From an uncultured Gammaproteobacteria bacterium (lineage in GTDB: Bacteria; Patescibacteriota; Patescibacteriia; UBA11705), in assembly GCA_964413735.1 (NCBI GenBank), contig CAYPSS010000001.1:246149-309697 (forward strand): DNA of 63,549 nt, in the 5' to 3' direction. The stretch's first letter is position 1. The number at the start of each line of letters is the position of its first letter. The notes below the pieces were generated by a model, which saw only the letters and a program-made list of their open reading frames with translations, searched no databases and was not told where the DNA came from. Both the position numbers and the translations under genes were made by a program. Of this stretch, positions 7,913 through 16,944 are shown piece by piece.

Positions 7913-10033
7913 ATGATTGATTATTCCAATCCGAATAATGAATATGTTTTGGTGACGCATAGTCAGGGTGATGTTGATTGTATTGTGGGGGTGTATCGCT
8001 TTCTTCACGCTGTTGGGATTTCGGTTTTGGATGCATTGCTTGGAAAGCGAGTGCGTTTTGAATTTGTTTATCCGGGTGACAAAATTGAAGATAATCGGAC
8101 CGATGAAGTGGTAATTCACATTGATACTGGTGGTAAGTTTGATCCGGAGAATGGTTTTTTTGATCATCATTTCGAAGGTATAATGCAATACAGTGCAACT
8201 CATTTAATTGATGAATATTTTCAAGGAGATAGCTTTATTGTTTTCCCAGATGATTTGTATGCTGTTATCCCAAACTCAAAGTATTTGATGGAATGGATTG
8301 AAAGAGATACGGAACAAGTTTTGGATTTTTATTTGATGCAGGATAAAAATGTGCATGATGCTGTTAAAAAAAACCCAATCCTTCGTAAGTGGTTGATCTC
8401 TACAATTCGTTCTAATTTTATAGAGAAATTCCTGTGTAAATTGAATTCAAGTAAGGCAGAATGGTTGGAGGATTTGACAGTCTCTATTACTGTAAAATCA
8501 GAGACTCTCCCGAGTTTTGTTTTGAATGAAATTCAATCAATTGTTGAGTATAGATGTGAGTTAATGAAATCACAGGCTCGTTCAATGTTTTTGCATCAAT
8601 CCCTTGAAGGAAAAAAATCAACAAATCCTGAATGGCTGAATGATTTGGTGGAATATGCGAATCTGGTTGATTCGCCGGCTACTTATCCCAAGTTGTCCGA
8701 AGAAAGCTATGCGTTTATTCGGGAAACCAATGAACGCGTGGTTGAGGAAATTGGGGATCTTGGTCGTTTTTCACCTCAGTATGCCGGTCCGACGGATTTC
8801 GCGAAGTTGGTGCGCCAATTTCCGGGAAATATGTCGGATGTGGATCGGATGAAGCTGGGACTCGTGACTTTGGAATCTTGTTTGACGATGATGAGAAATA
8901 ATGAAGAAAATGCGGAAGAGGATGATGCTCTGGCCGAAGTGAAGATGTTGTTGGATTCAAAGGAAAAAGAAACGCGAATTCCGGAACAGACTTTCACGGC
9001 TGATAGTGAATTTTTCGGCGAGCTGGGTCGGATGCAAAATCGACTCTTGTTCGTCCTGCCTTATTCACCCATGGCCGTGGAAATTCTGGCGATTAAGCTG
9101 TTGCTTCACATTCGTAGAATTCCGATTAATTCAAATAATGTGGAATTTGTGTTTGTGGATGAGAAGGAACAATTTTTCAGTGATAAATATGGTGATGATT
9201 GGGCAGTAATTCATTTGAATTGCGGTCGGGTTTGGAATCCGAAGTCGTTGCACTTGGATACCAATGCGGAGAATTGTCCGTTTGATAATATCGTTCAGGC
9301 GATTTACGCGTTGGCTTTCCACAATGACAATCGGACGCCGAATTATATTCGTAATTTGGTGACCTACATGAATTTCTATCAATCTGATTTGAGTGAGATG
9401 GTCATTTGTGAGGCCGATTGGGACAAGTTGAATGCCTATCATCGCGAACTGGAAGAAAAGGTTCCGCGACCGGTGCGATTCAATTTAAACTTTCGGGCGC
9501 CGGTGCATTTGCCCAGAGTAATTGATGATTTGCCTTCGTATTTGAGCGATCAGCAAATGATGCAGATTGGCTTACAGTTGTTTGATGGATTTTTTGAAGA
9601 AATGAATACGCGGACTTCGGTGTTTAACCATTTGGAGCTCAGTCAGCGGGAAACCGGCAACGGTTTGACCATGGCTTGCATTCCTCCTAATGGTTTTAAC
9701 ACCAAGACTTTGCGGGGGATTTTGCGGAAGAAGTTCAGGCAAGAGCTTGATGTGTATGTGGCGGAGTTTGAAACGGATGAAACCGATAATGATCGGAATG
9801 CCCGTTTCTGCGTCACGACGGTCATCAATTCGGCCGAGGTGGCAGGTATGGATGAGCTGATGGAACGCTTGTACCGGCTCGATCCGGAACTGCGTCGTCC
9901 GTCGGGTGGTATGCAGGGAGACATTTACCTGCATCACAGCGCATTCGTGCTGTACATCAATGGCCGAACCAGCCTGAAGCTGGCGCAGGTGTGGGAGACT
10001 ACTCTCAAGACTTTGCGTCGGGTGACTCAATAG
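7913..10033 (+). CDS. 706-aa protein with a MYG1/DHH-like phosphoesterase domain and a degenerate second copy
   Basis: VTHSQGDVD and HIDTGGKFDPENGFFDHH resemble MYG1-type motifs; internal repeat VIHLNCGRVWNPKSLHLDTN. Confidence 0.55.
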   Translation: MIDYSNPNNEYVLVTHSQGDVDCIVGVYRFLHAVGISVLDALLGKRVRFEFVYPGDKIEDNRTDEVVIHIDTGGKFDPENGFFDHHFEGIMQYSATHLIDEYFQGDSFIVFPDDLYAVIPNSKYLMEWIERDTEQVLDFYLMQDKNVHDAVKKNPILRKWLISTIRSNFIEKFLCKLNSSKAEWLEDLTVSITVKSETLPSFVLNEIQSIVEYRCELMKSQARSMFLHQSLEGKKSTNPEWLNDLVEYANLVDSPATYPKLSEESYAFIRETNERVVEEIGDLGRFSPQYAGPTDFAKLVRQFPGNMSDVDRMKLGLVTLESCLTMMRNNEENAEEDDALAEVKMLLDSKEKETRIPEQTFTADSEFFGELGRMQNRLLFVLPYSPMAVEILAIKLLLHIRRIPINSNNVEFVFVDEKEQFFSDKYGDDWAVIHLNCGRVWNPKSLHLDTNAENCPFDNIVQAIYALAFHNDNRTPNYIRNLVTYMNFYQSDLSEMVICEADWDKLNAYHRELEEKVPRPVRFNLNFRAPVHLPRVIDDLPSYLSDQQMMQIGLQLFDGFFEEMNTRTSVFNHLELSQRETGNGLTMACIPPNGFNTKTLRGILRKKFRQELDVYVAEFETDETDNDRNARFCVTTVINSAEVAGMDELMERLYRLDPELRRPSGGMQGDIYLHHSAFVLYINGRTSLKLAQVWETTLKTLRRVTQ

Positions 10034-10038
10034 ATTTT

Positions 10039-10061
10039 AACGAAGCTCAATGAGCTTCGTT
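10039..10061 (+). terminator. Intrinsic terminator hairpin
   Basis: aacgaagctc-aat-gagcttcgtt plus T-tract just after the TAG. Confidence 0.8.
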
Positions 10062-10130
10062 TTTCATTTTTAAAATTGCGATTATTGAATAAATAAAGTA
10101 AAATGAAGGTAATAAAATAACCAAATACTT

Positions 10131-10670
10131 ATGAAAATTATTGGAATTTGCGGGAGTCTTCGTACGGCATCATTTAATCGTAAAGTGTTGCAGTATTGCT
10201 TGGAACATGGTAAGAAATTAGGCCATCAAACACAAGAAATTGATTTGGCAAAAATTTCTTTACCGATTTTTAATGAAGATTTGGAGGCTGATTTCCCGGA
10301 ACAAGCGTTACTGGCAAAAAAGCAAATTGAAGATAGTGACTTGGTGGTTATTGTTTCTCCGGAGTACAATCATTCTCTTCCCGGTGGCTTGAAAAATTTT
10401 ATTGATTGGATGACACGAGGTGAAAAAAATTCTTGGGACAAAAAAACGGCTGTAATCATGGGTTTTTCTAACGGTGTTTATGGAACGGTTCGAATGCAAC
10501 GCCATTTGCGTGAAGTGTTGGCCGCTGTTAATGTTATAGTTCTTCCTCAACCTCAAGTTTTAATCGGTCAAGTTGAAGGGAATTTTGATGAGTCTGGTAA
10601 TTTTATTAATGAAAAAATGAAAAATAAAATCAAGCAATTGATTGATCAATCGTTATTAAATGTTAAGTAA
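10131..10670 (+). CDS. NADPH-dependent FMN reductase (SsuE/ChrR family)
   Basis: GSLRTASFN, SPEYNHSLPGGLKNFIDW. Confidence 0.92.
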   Translation: MKIIGICGSLRTASFNRKVLQYCLEHGKKLGHQTQEIDLAKISLPIFNEDLEADFPEQALLAKKQIEDSDLVVIVSPEYNHSLPGGLKNFIDWMTRGEKNSWDKKTAVIMGFSNGVYGTVRMQRHLREVLAAVNVIVLPQPQVLIGQVEGNFDESGNFINEKMKNKIKQLIDQSLLNVK

Positions 10671-10671
10671 T

Positions 10672-11136
10672 ATGTTGCAAATAAATGATCGAGCACCGGC
10701 TTTTACTTTGCCGGATCAAAACAATAAAAAACATAAATTAAGTGATTATCAAGGACAGTGGGTCTTGCTTTATTTTTATCCCAAGGATAATACACCTGGT
10801 TGTACGAAAGAGGCTTGTGCCGTGCGAGATAATTATTCTGATTTTAAAAAAATTAAAGCCGTGGTGCTTGGCGTGAGCGCTGATTCAGCGGCCAGTCACA
10901 AAAAATTTGAAACTGATCACAGTTTGCCTTTCCCTTTATTGTCCGATAGTGGACGAAAAGTTTTAGAAAAGTATGGTGTTTGGCAATTAAAAATAAATTT
11001 TGGAAAAAAATATTATGGGATTAAACGAATGTCCTTTTTGATCAATCCGCAAGGGAAAATTGTTAAAATTTATAAAGCCGTTAAACCGGCGGAACATGCT
11101 CTGCAAGTTTTGAATGATATAAAAAAGTTTTATTAA
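10672..11136 (+). CDS. bcp: Thioredoxin-dependent peroxiredoxin Bcp
   Basis: YFYPKDNTPGCTKEAC; ATG 10672 chosen over 10660. Confidence 0.93.
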   Translation: MLQINDRAPAFTLPDQNNKKHKLSDYQGQWVLLYFYPKDNTPGCTKEACAVRDNYSDFKKIKAVVLGVSADSAASHKKFETDHSLPFPLLSDSGRKVLEKYGVWQLKINFGKKYYGIKRMSFLINPQGKIVKIYKAVKPAEHALQVLNDIKKFY

Positions 11137-11137
11137 T

Positions 11138-12142
11138 ATGGATTTTCAACAATTAAATGAAATTATAAAAAACGAACCGGCTTTTCGACAAAAGCAAGTT
11201 TTTGAATTTATTTTTCAGAAAAATATTATTGATTGGAATGAAGCAACCAGTTTACCAAAAACTTTACGACAACAATTAATTCATGAAGTTGATTTAGATG
11301 TTGATCATCAGCTTTTTACTGATCCGAAAAGTAAAACCACCAAAGCGTTAATAACTTTAAATGATGGTTTGTCCATTGAAACGGTTTTGATGCGTCACAG
11401 TGATATTCATAATACGGTTTGTGTTTCGACGCAAGTTGGTTGTCCGGCCGGTTGTCTGTTTTGCGCTACCGGGCAAATGGGGTTTAAACGAAATTTATCT
11501 GCCGAAGAAATGGTGGAGCAAGTTTTGTTATTTTCGCGTTTGTTAAAAGCGGAAAATCAACGCGTTTCCCATGTGGTATTTATGGGAATGGGGGAGCCAT
11601 TTTTGAATCAAGAAAATGTTTTTCAGGCAATTGAAATTCTAAATAACAAGAAATATTTTAATATTGGCAGTCGGCGGATTTCCATTTCGACCGTGGGCGT
11701 GGTTGAAGGCATTGAGGCTCTGATGAATTATCCTAAGGAAATAAATTTGGCGATTTCACTTCATGCACCCAATGATCAATTACGCAGTGAAATAATTCCG
11801 TTTAATAAAAAATATTCTTTGGCGAAAATTTTATCAGCGGTTGATCGTTATATCGAAAAAACACATCGCAAGGTGATGTTTGAATATGTTTTAATAAAAG
11901 GAATAAATGATTCTTTGACAGAAGCCAAACAGTTGGTTGATTTATTGAGAGGGAAGTTATGTATGGTTAATTTGATTGTTTATAACAAAACGCAAAATTA
12001 TGAGCCCACGAATAGTGAACAAGTAATTAGGTTCAAAAATTATTTGCAGGCACATGGTTTAGAGGTTACTCAGCGATTGAGTTATGGTAATGAAATTACC
12101 GCGGCTTGCGGTCAGCTCGCCACCGGAAAAATAAGTAAGTAA
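11138..12142 (+). CDS. rlmN: 23S rRNA m2A2503/tRNA methyltransferase RlmN
   Basis: CVSTQVGCPAGCLFC, MGMGEP, ISTVG, SLHAP, AACGQL. Confidence 0.95.
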   Translation: MDFQQLNEIIKNEPAFRQKQVFEFIFQKNIIDWNEATSLPKTLRQQLIHEVDLDVDHQLFTDPKSKTTKALITLNDGLSIETVLMRHSDIHNTVCVSTQVGCPAGCLFCATGQMGFKRNLSAEEMVEQVLLFSRLLKAENQRVSHVVFMGMGEPFLNQENVFQAIEILNNKKYFNIGSRRISISTVGVVEGIEALMNYPKEINLAISLHAPNDQLRSEIIPFNKKYSLAKILSAVDRYIEKTHRKVMFEYVLIKGINDSLTEAKQLVDLLRGKLCMVNLIVYNKTQNYEPTNSEQVIRFKNYLQAHGLEVTQRLSYGNEITAACGQLATGKISK

Positions 12143-12143
12143 T

Positions 12144-12180
12144 AAAATGTCATGCTTCGACAGGCTCAGCATGACATTTT
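12144..12180. repeat. Palindromic REP-like element
   Basis: aaaatgtcatgct-tcgacaggctc-agcatgacatttt, perfect 13-bp stem with an 11-nt loop. Confidence 0.65.
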
Positions 12181-12195
12181 AATTGTTATTAAAAA

Positions 12196-12214
12196 ACCAC
12201 GACTTTGTCGTGGT
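12196..12214 (-). terminator. Hairpin ending the minus-strand orphan cassette
   Basis: accacgac-ttt-gtcgtggt with an adjacent A-tract. Confidence 0.7.
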
Positions 12215-12221
12215 AATTTTA

Positions 12222-12674
12222 TTAAGAGATTTCATTTTTGAACATTATATAGCGCAAAGCATGAACGGTTTCTTCATAAGTCATTCGTTTCAGTTTAGCT
12301 AGCATATAGATGAATTCTCGGATTAGATCGGGATTGCAATCTTGGAAATTCATTACTAAGTCTGGTAACCCATTGTCATTTTGATTTTCATTTTCTTCTA
12401 AATGTTGTAATAACAAGTCGGTAATTCGATCTAATTCTTCTTGTGATAATTGCCGAGCACGCAATTGTTGGGGGGTAAGATTTAAGAAAAAACAATTGTG
12501 ACAAAGTTCTTGAGCCGTTTCCAGCGCAACATTGTCCCACTCTGAAGAATCAACTTTTCTTAAAGAATCTAGGGTAGGTTTTAATTCCTCGGTTACCTAT
12601 TCATAACAATATTTCAAATATGAATTACAATCATCAACCATTTGTTCACCACTAATTCTGACTTCTTCGCTCAT
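12222..12674 (-). pseudogene. 150-codon orphan gene interrupted by one in-frame TAG (12597-12599); paralog of 12756-13145
   Basis: ATG 12674 with GAGGGTG RBS is in frame with the 12222-12464 ORF; MSEEVRISGEQMVDDCNSYLKYCYE*VTEELKP...; shares C.F..LTP..L..R..S with its neighbour. Confidence 0.7.
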
Positions 12675-12755
12675 AGTCACCCTCAAAAAGAACTGACTTT
12701 ATCTTGCCACAGTTTAAAGTCATTGTCAATAAAAAAACCGCGATGTGATCGCGGT

Positions 12756-13145
12756 TCAATTTGGAGCATTTGGCATGGAAATCATTTTTAGATCCAGCGC
12801 GTTTAATCCGGCCAAACGATATTTATCAAACATTTGCTTACTGAGAAGCGGAACGATTTGTTGATTATAACCGGCTTTTTCTCGATTGGCTAAAATAAAG
12901 ATTCTGGATGCTTCTTCAAAACAAAATTGACGCAGATCTCGGATGTCGGTTTCGGAAAATGGTCGTTGATTTAATTCATCAGGAGTTAATTGATGAAATT
13001 CACAACAACTTAGTAAAATTTGTAATAAGCAAGCAATTCTTTTTTGTTTTAATGCCGGATTTTCTCCATGATGAGAAAAATGATTTTCCACCCAAGTGGC
13101 TTTGTCAAGGCACATTTGAATTAAAATTGACTTTTCCGGCAACAT
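12756..13145 (-). CDS. Hypothetical protein (paralog of the adjacent pseudogene)
   Basis: Open frame with GAGGTG RBS before ATG 13145; terminator 12736-12756. Confidence 0.7.
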   Translation of the reverse strand: MLPEKSILIQMCLDKATWVENHFSHHGENPALKQKRIACLLQILLSCCEFHQLTPDELNQRPFSETDIRDLRQFCFEEASRIFILANREKAGYNQQIVPLLSKQMFDKYRLAGLNALDLKMISMPNAPN

Positions 13146-13254
13146 GATGCACCTCATTGCTTCAATTAATTAAAGCATATCATTTCCTTTTATGGTTTGA
13201 CAATTAAATTAAATAATGATAAATATTAATATTCCCTAACCAATGGGAGGGAAT

Positions 13255-13605
13255 GTGGAAATTGCAGTTGTGGATAGGTGTTATTGTCGGTATGCGGTGG
13301 AAATTGAATGGCGTAGAAGTAATCGTCCCAGCCAATTGTTCATTTTTAATCTTTCTGATAATGATGTCCCCAGATTTATTTTCGAGGAATTTGAAGGTAA
13401 AGGTTTTCATGAAATGATGGATCGTTATGCTCAGTATGTGGCAATGGAATTTTTGAGTCACCATAATCCTTTGATTCACAATCGTGGCAATGCTTATGTC
13501 CGAAGAGTCTTTCGCGTGGAAGAATTGGTGACGAATCAAAAAGATGTCACCAGAGTCGTATTCAATGTTGACACAACGGATATTACGCCGAAGAAGCAAG
13601 GCTGA
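13255..13605 (+). CDS. Hypothetical protein
   Basis: GGGAGGG RBS before GTG 13255; open frame. Confidence 0.65.
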   Translation: MEIAVVDRCYCRYAVEIEWRRSNRPSQLFIFNLSDNDVPRFIFEEFEGKGFHEMMDRYAQYVAMEFLSHHNPLIHNRGNAYVRRVFRVEELVTNQKDVTRVVFNVDTTDITPKKQG

Positions 13606-13623
13606 TTTTAAGGAGGAGTGGAC

Positions 13624-13962
13624 ATGCGAACCCATAAATATTGTTTAAGAATTTCTTGGAAATCTGATCCCACTAAGACGCATGAATTTTTCTTTTGTGT
13701 TGATGAAGGGGATGTTTTTGATAGCTTGTGGAAGAAGTTTCCAAATGATCGTCAAAAAGCGATTAATGAATATGCCAGAGGATTGGCTAAAGAATTTTTG
13801 GCTCGTGGCTCGGTTCTTCTGCCGAAGCATGGGGAGTTTGATGTTATCGGATTTTTCCATGTTGTTGGTTATAAGAATCTTGACTATGCTGAGCAGGGAC
13901 ATGAGAATGGTGGTTATGAGTTGGAATATTTTATGAGAGAATTGGAGAGGATTGATTGTTAA
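13624..13962 (+). CDS. Hypothetical protein
   Basis: AGGAGG RBS before ATG 13624; terminator 13971-13991. Confidence 0.7.
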   Translation: MRTHKYCLRISWKSDPTKTHEFFFCVDEGDVFDSLWKKFPNDRQKAINEYARGLAKEFLARGSVLLPKHGEFDVIGFFHVVGYKNLDYAEQGHENGGYELEYFMRELERIDC

Positions 13963-14067
13963 AATAATTTACCATCGTTAATAACGGTGGTTTTTTGATT
14001 GACAAAATATATTTATTATGATAATTTGCAGTATTAGTCCTTTAACAACCCTTTAGGGAGGGGAAAC

Positions 14068-14820
14068 ATGCAAGAATTGGAAATGAGTCGAAAATCATGG
14101 GTATTTCGTGGTGGTTTGCTGGGTTGGTATATGGTTAATTTTGATAAACTGGATGAAATTATTAGTAATCCAGATTCGCCGCATAGAATCAAAAGTCATA
14201 AGAATCGTGATTTTACCACTTGTGATTTGTTCTGGGGATGGGTTTTAAATCTTGTTTTTTGGTGGTGGGCTATGACTTTTATGGTAATTTTTATTTCCGG
14301 TATTTTGTTTGCCTTTAGCATGCTTTTTGATATTAGTAGATTTTTGCTTGGTTATCGTCCGAAGTGGGAATTTTTCTTGATGATCAAAAATATTTTCTCG
14401 AAAGATTTTTCTATGGATTATGAGGTTTTCAGTTTTGATAATGCTCGCCCATTGTTTCGAGGAATGAAAAATAGGTTCTTGTATTTGCGTCCGGTTTATT
14501 TGTTGTGTTGGGGGGTGTTTTTGTATGGTATTTTTGTTGATCCGCATTTTGTTGTTCCTTCAATGCCGAGTTTTAGTAATATGCATAATTTTGTTTTTAC
14601 TTTCTCTTTTTTGGTGGTTGTGTTGACGGGAGCATATTTGGTCGGAACATTATGTCGTGAATTAAAAAATTGGATTAATTTGCGACGCTATCTGAAGACG
14701 GCGGCGAAACCTGATTATTCTGAGAATAGGTCTGGAGTTGGTAAAGCTAGGAGTGAGTTGGGGATTATTTGGCGAGCGTTTCATGATCGAACATGTATTA
14801 AGATTAAGGTGACGGATTAA
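14068..14820 (+). CDS. Hypothetical membrane protein (paralog A)
   Basis: Own promoter, leader, RBS and terminator; hydrophobic segments; SRKSW N-terminus and H..TC C-terminus shared with 14950-15660. Confidence 0.8.
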   Translation: MQELEMSRKSWVFRGGLLGWYMVNFDKLDEIISNPDSPHRIKSHKNRDFTTCDLFWGWVLNLVFWWWAMTFMVIFISGILFAFSMLFDISRFLLGYRPKWEFFLMIKNIFSKDFSMDYEVFSFDNARPLFRGMKNRFLYLRPVYLLCWGVFLYGIFVDPHFVVPSMPSFSNMHNFVFTFSFLVVVLTGAYLVGTLCRELKNWINLRRYLKTAAKPDYSENRSGVGKARSELGIIWRAFHDRTCIKIKVTD

Positions 14821-14949
14821 TGTTTTTAAAACCACAGCAAAGTCTGTGGTTTTTTATTTTTAAATGTTATTCTGGAGCATTATTGACAAGATTATGGTTT
14901 TATGATAATTTACGGGGTCAGTCCTTTAACAACCCTTAAGGAGGGGAAA

Positions 14950-15660
14950 ATGAAAAGCATTCAAATCAGTCGTAAATCATGGTTGTTTCGATTGGCGCTG
15001 TGGGGATTTTATGGGTGGAATTGGAATTTGATTGATGAGATCATTGATGATGTTAATCATAAGAAACGATGGTCTTTTCATCGAGGAAGAAACTTCAGTA
15101 CGTGTGACTTGGTTTATGGATTTTTTGCAAGTTTTATTCAGGCTTTTATTCATTTGATTGAACTTATTTTAGTTATATTGATTCTTGTTATTGGGAATGT
15201 AATTTGTTTGGTGATGGATGTTGGGAGGGTATTGTTTGGATATAAGCCGGCTTGGGGTAATATTATATTCACCAAAGATATTTTTAGTAATAATGATAAT
15301 CCAGTTAATGATAGATTTGAATATACTGATGATTGGTTGATGTGGCGTAGCAAGATTTTGGATCTGCGGCCAATTCATGTTTTGGCGGGAGGTTACTTTC
15401 TTTATTTGAAGTATTTTGATAGTAATCCGGGTTATTTCAATCCGCAGAGTATTATCTTGGGAGGATGGGTAGCTTTATTTGCTGGACTTATTTTTTATAT
15501 AACGTTATTTGGTTTGGTAGTTTCTATCATTTATGCTGTGATTATAAAGTATCGTAAGAATCATCCGAAAAAAGTTGCAGAAAACTCACCTTCACTTGTT
15601 AAGGTGGTTTTGCAGTCAGTGCATGAAAAGACTTGTCGGCAGTTGGAAATCAAGGATTAA
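14950..15660 (+). CDS. Hypothetical membrane protein (paralog B)
   Basis: GGAGGGG RBS before ATG 14950; upstream 70 bp similar to those of 14068. Confidence 0.8.
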   Translation: MKSIQISRKSWLFRLALWGFYGWNWNLIDEIIDDVNHKKRWSFHRGRNFSTCDLVYGFFASFIQAFIHLIELILVILILVIGNVICLVMDVGRVLFGYKPAWGNIIFTKDIFSNNDNPVNDRFEYTDDWLMWRSKILDLRPIHVLAGGYFLYLKYFDSNPGYFNPQSIILGGWVALFAGLIFYITLFGLVVSIIYAVIIKYRKNHPKKVAENSPSLVKVVLQSVHEKTCRQLEIKD

Positions 15661-15724
15661 TCTAAAACTCCAGTAAACACTGGAGCTTTTTTAATTTAAT
15701 TAATAATAATTTTATGACCCGCTT

Positions 15725-15857
15725 GTCATTGCGAGGAGCGCAGCAACGTGGCAATCTAAAGGACTCATGGGCAAAACTTTCTCTTAGATTGCCACGAGAT
15801 TTCACTGTGTGAAATCTCTCTCGCAATGAGAAGGGGACCCCCTGAACCTCGCAATGA
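15725..15857. repeat. Nested palindromic repeat element (RPE/REP-like, GTCATTGCGAG...TCGCAATGA)
   Basis: tcattgcga/tcgcaatga outer stem, 13-bp cgtggcaatctaa/ttagattgccacg stem, 10-bp gagatttcac/gtgaaatctc stem, second ctcgcaatga at 15848. Confidence 0.75.
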
Positions 15858-15913
15858 TCGGTTGGGTGTTACTTCTCGCAATTTAGGGGTGTTATGGTCG
15901 CCCGGCCAAATTA

Positions 15914-16924
15914 TTACCAATCCAATGAACCGCCGGACTTGTATTCATTGACCCGCGTTTCAAAAAAGTTTTTTTCTTTTTTCAGGTCAATGATTTCACT
16001 CATCCAAGGGAATGGATTTCCGGCCCCAAAGACTTTTGGCAATCCGATTCTTTCCAGTCGACGATCAGCAATGTGTTCCAAATATTCGCGAATGATATTA
16101 ACATTTAATCCCATAATACCGGTTGGTAAAGCGTCTTTGGCATAAGCGGTTTCCAACTCTACCGCTTTTTTTATTTTTTGCACGATGGATTCTCGAAATT
16201 CCGGTGTCCAAATTTCCGGGTTTTCTTCTACAATGGTATTAATGAGATCCGCCCCAAACGCCAAGTGAGTTGTTTCATCACGCAAAATGTATTGGAATTG
16301 TTCGCCCACACCAATCATTCGATTTTGACGAAGCAAAGATAACATCATGGCAAATCCGGCATAAAAAAATATGCCTTCCATAATGATATAATACCCAACC
16401 AAATCATGAACAAATTTTTGAATATTTTCCACTGAATCGGTTTTGAAGTTTGGATCCAAAATCGATTCTGTCATTTGGGTGACAAAATCATCTTTGTCTT
16501 TGATGCTGGGAATGGTTAAGTACATATTGTAAACTTCTTCCGGATCAAGCCCAAGTGAATCGCAAATATAAATAAAAGTGTCGGTATGGACTGCTTCTTC
16601 GTAAGCTTGGCGCAGTAAATATTGTCGCGCTTCCGGATTGGTTACATGACGATAAATTGATAGTACAATATTATTGGCGGTTAAACTTTCAGCCGTGGAA
16701 AAAAATCCCAAGTTCCAAATTATCATTCGTTTTTCTTCGGCCGTTAACGCGCCAATTCCTTGTTTGCTCCAAAGTTCAATATCTTGTTGCATTGGTACTT
16801 CTTCTGGAGTCCAATTATTCGCCACGCCGGTTTTGTAATGTAATCTGGCCCAAGGATATTGAAAAGGCAAAATTTTATTGGGATCGGTAATATTACAATT
16901 AATAATTTGTTTTTTATAACTCAT
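15914..16924 (-). CDS. nrdB: Ribonucleotide reductase beta subunit, class Ic (Mn/Fe) type
   Basis: NLGFFSTAESL (Glu first ligand), EEAVHTDTF (Phe at the radical-Tyr position), MEGIFFYAGF, RDETTH, KNFFETRVNEY. Confidence 0.93.
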   Translation of the reverse strand: MSYKKQIINCNITDPNKILPFQYPWARLHYKTGVANNWTPEEVPMQQDIELWSKQGIGALTAEEKRMIIWNLGFFSTAESLTANNIVLSIYRHVTNPEARQYLLRQAYEEAVHTDTFIYICDSLGLDPEEVYNMYLTIPSIKDKDDFVTQMTESILDPNFKTDSVENIQKFVHDLVGYYIIMEGIFFYAGFAMMLSLLRQNRMIGVGEQFQYILRDETTHLAFGADLINTIVEENPEIWTPEFRESIVQKIKKAVELETAYAKDALPTGIMGLNVNIIREYLEHIADRRLERIGLPKVFGAGNPFPWMSEIIDLKKEKNFFETRVNEYKSGGSLDW

Positions 16925-16944
16925 ATTTTTTTTTATTTAATTTT

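Noticed and set aside
12597-12599. Genome-wide stop-codon reassignment (TAG or TGA readthrough)
   Set aside because: Conserved genes are uninterrupted in code 11, TGA ends femX and other genes, TAG precedes terminators elsewhere, and only this one in-frame stop was found.
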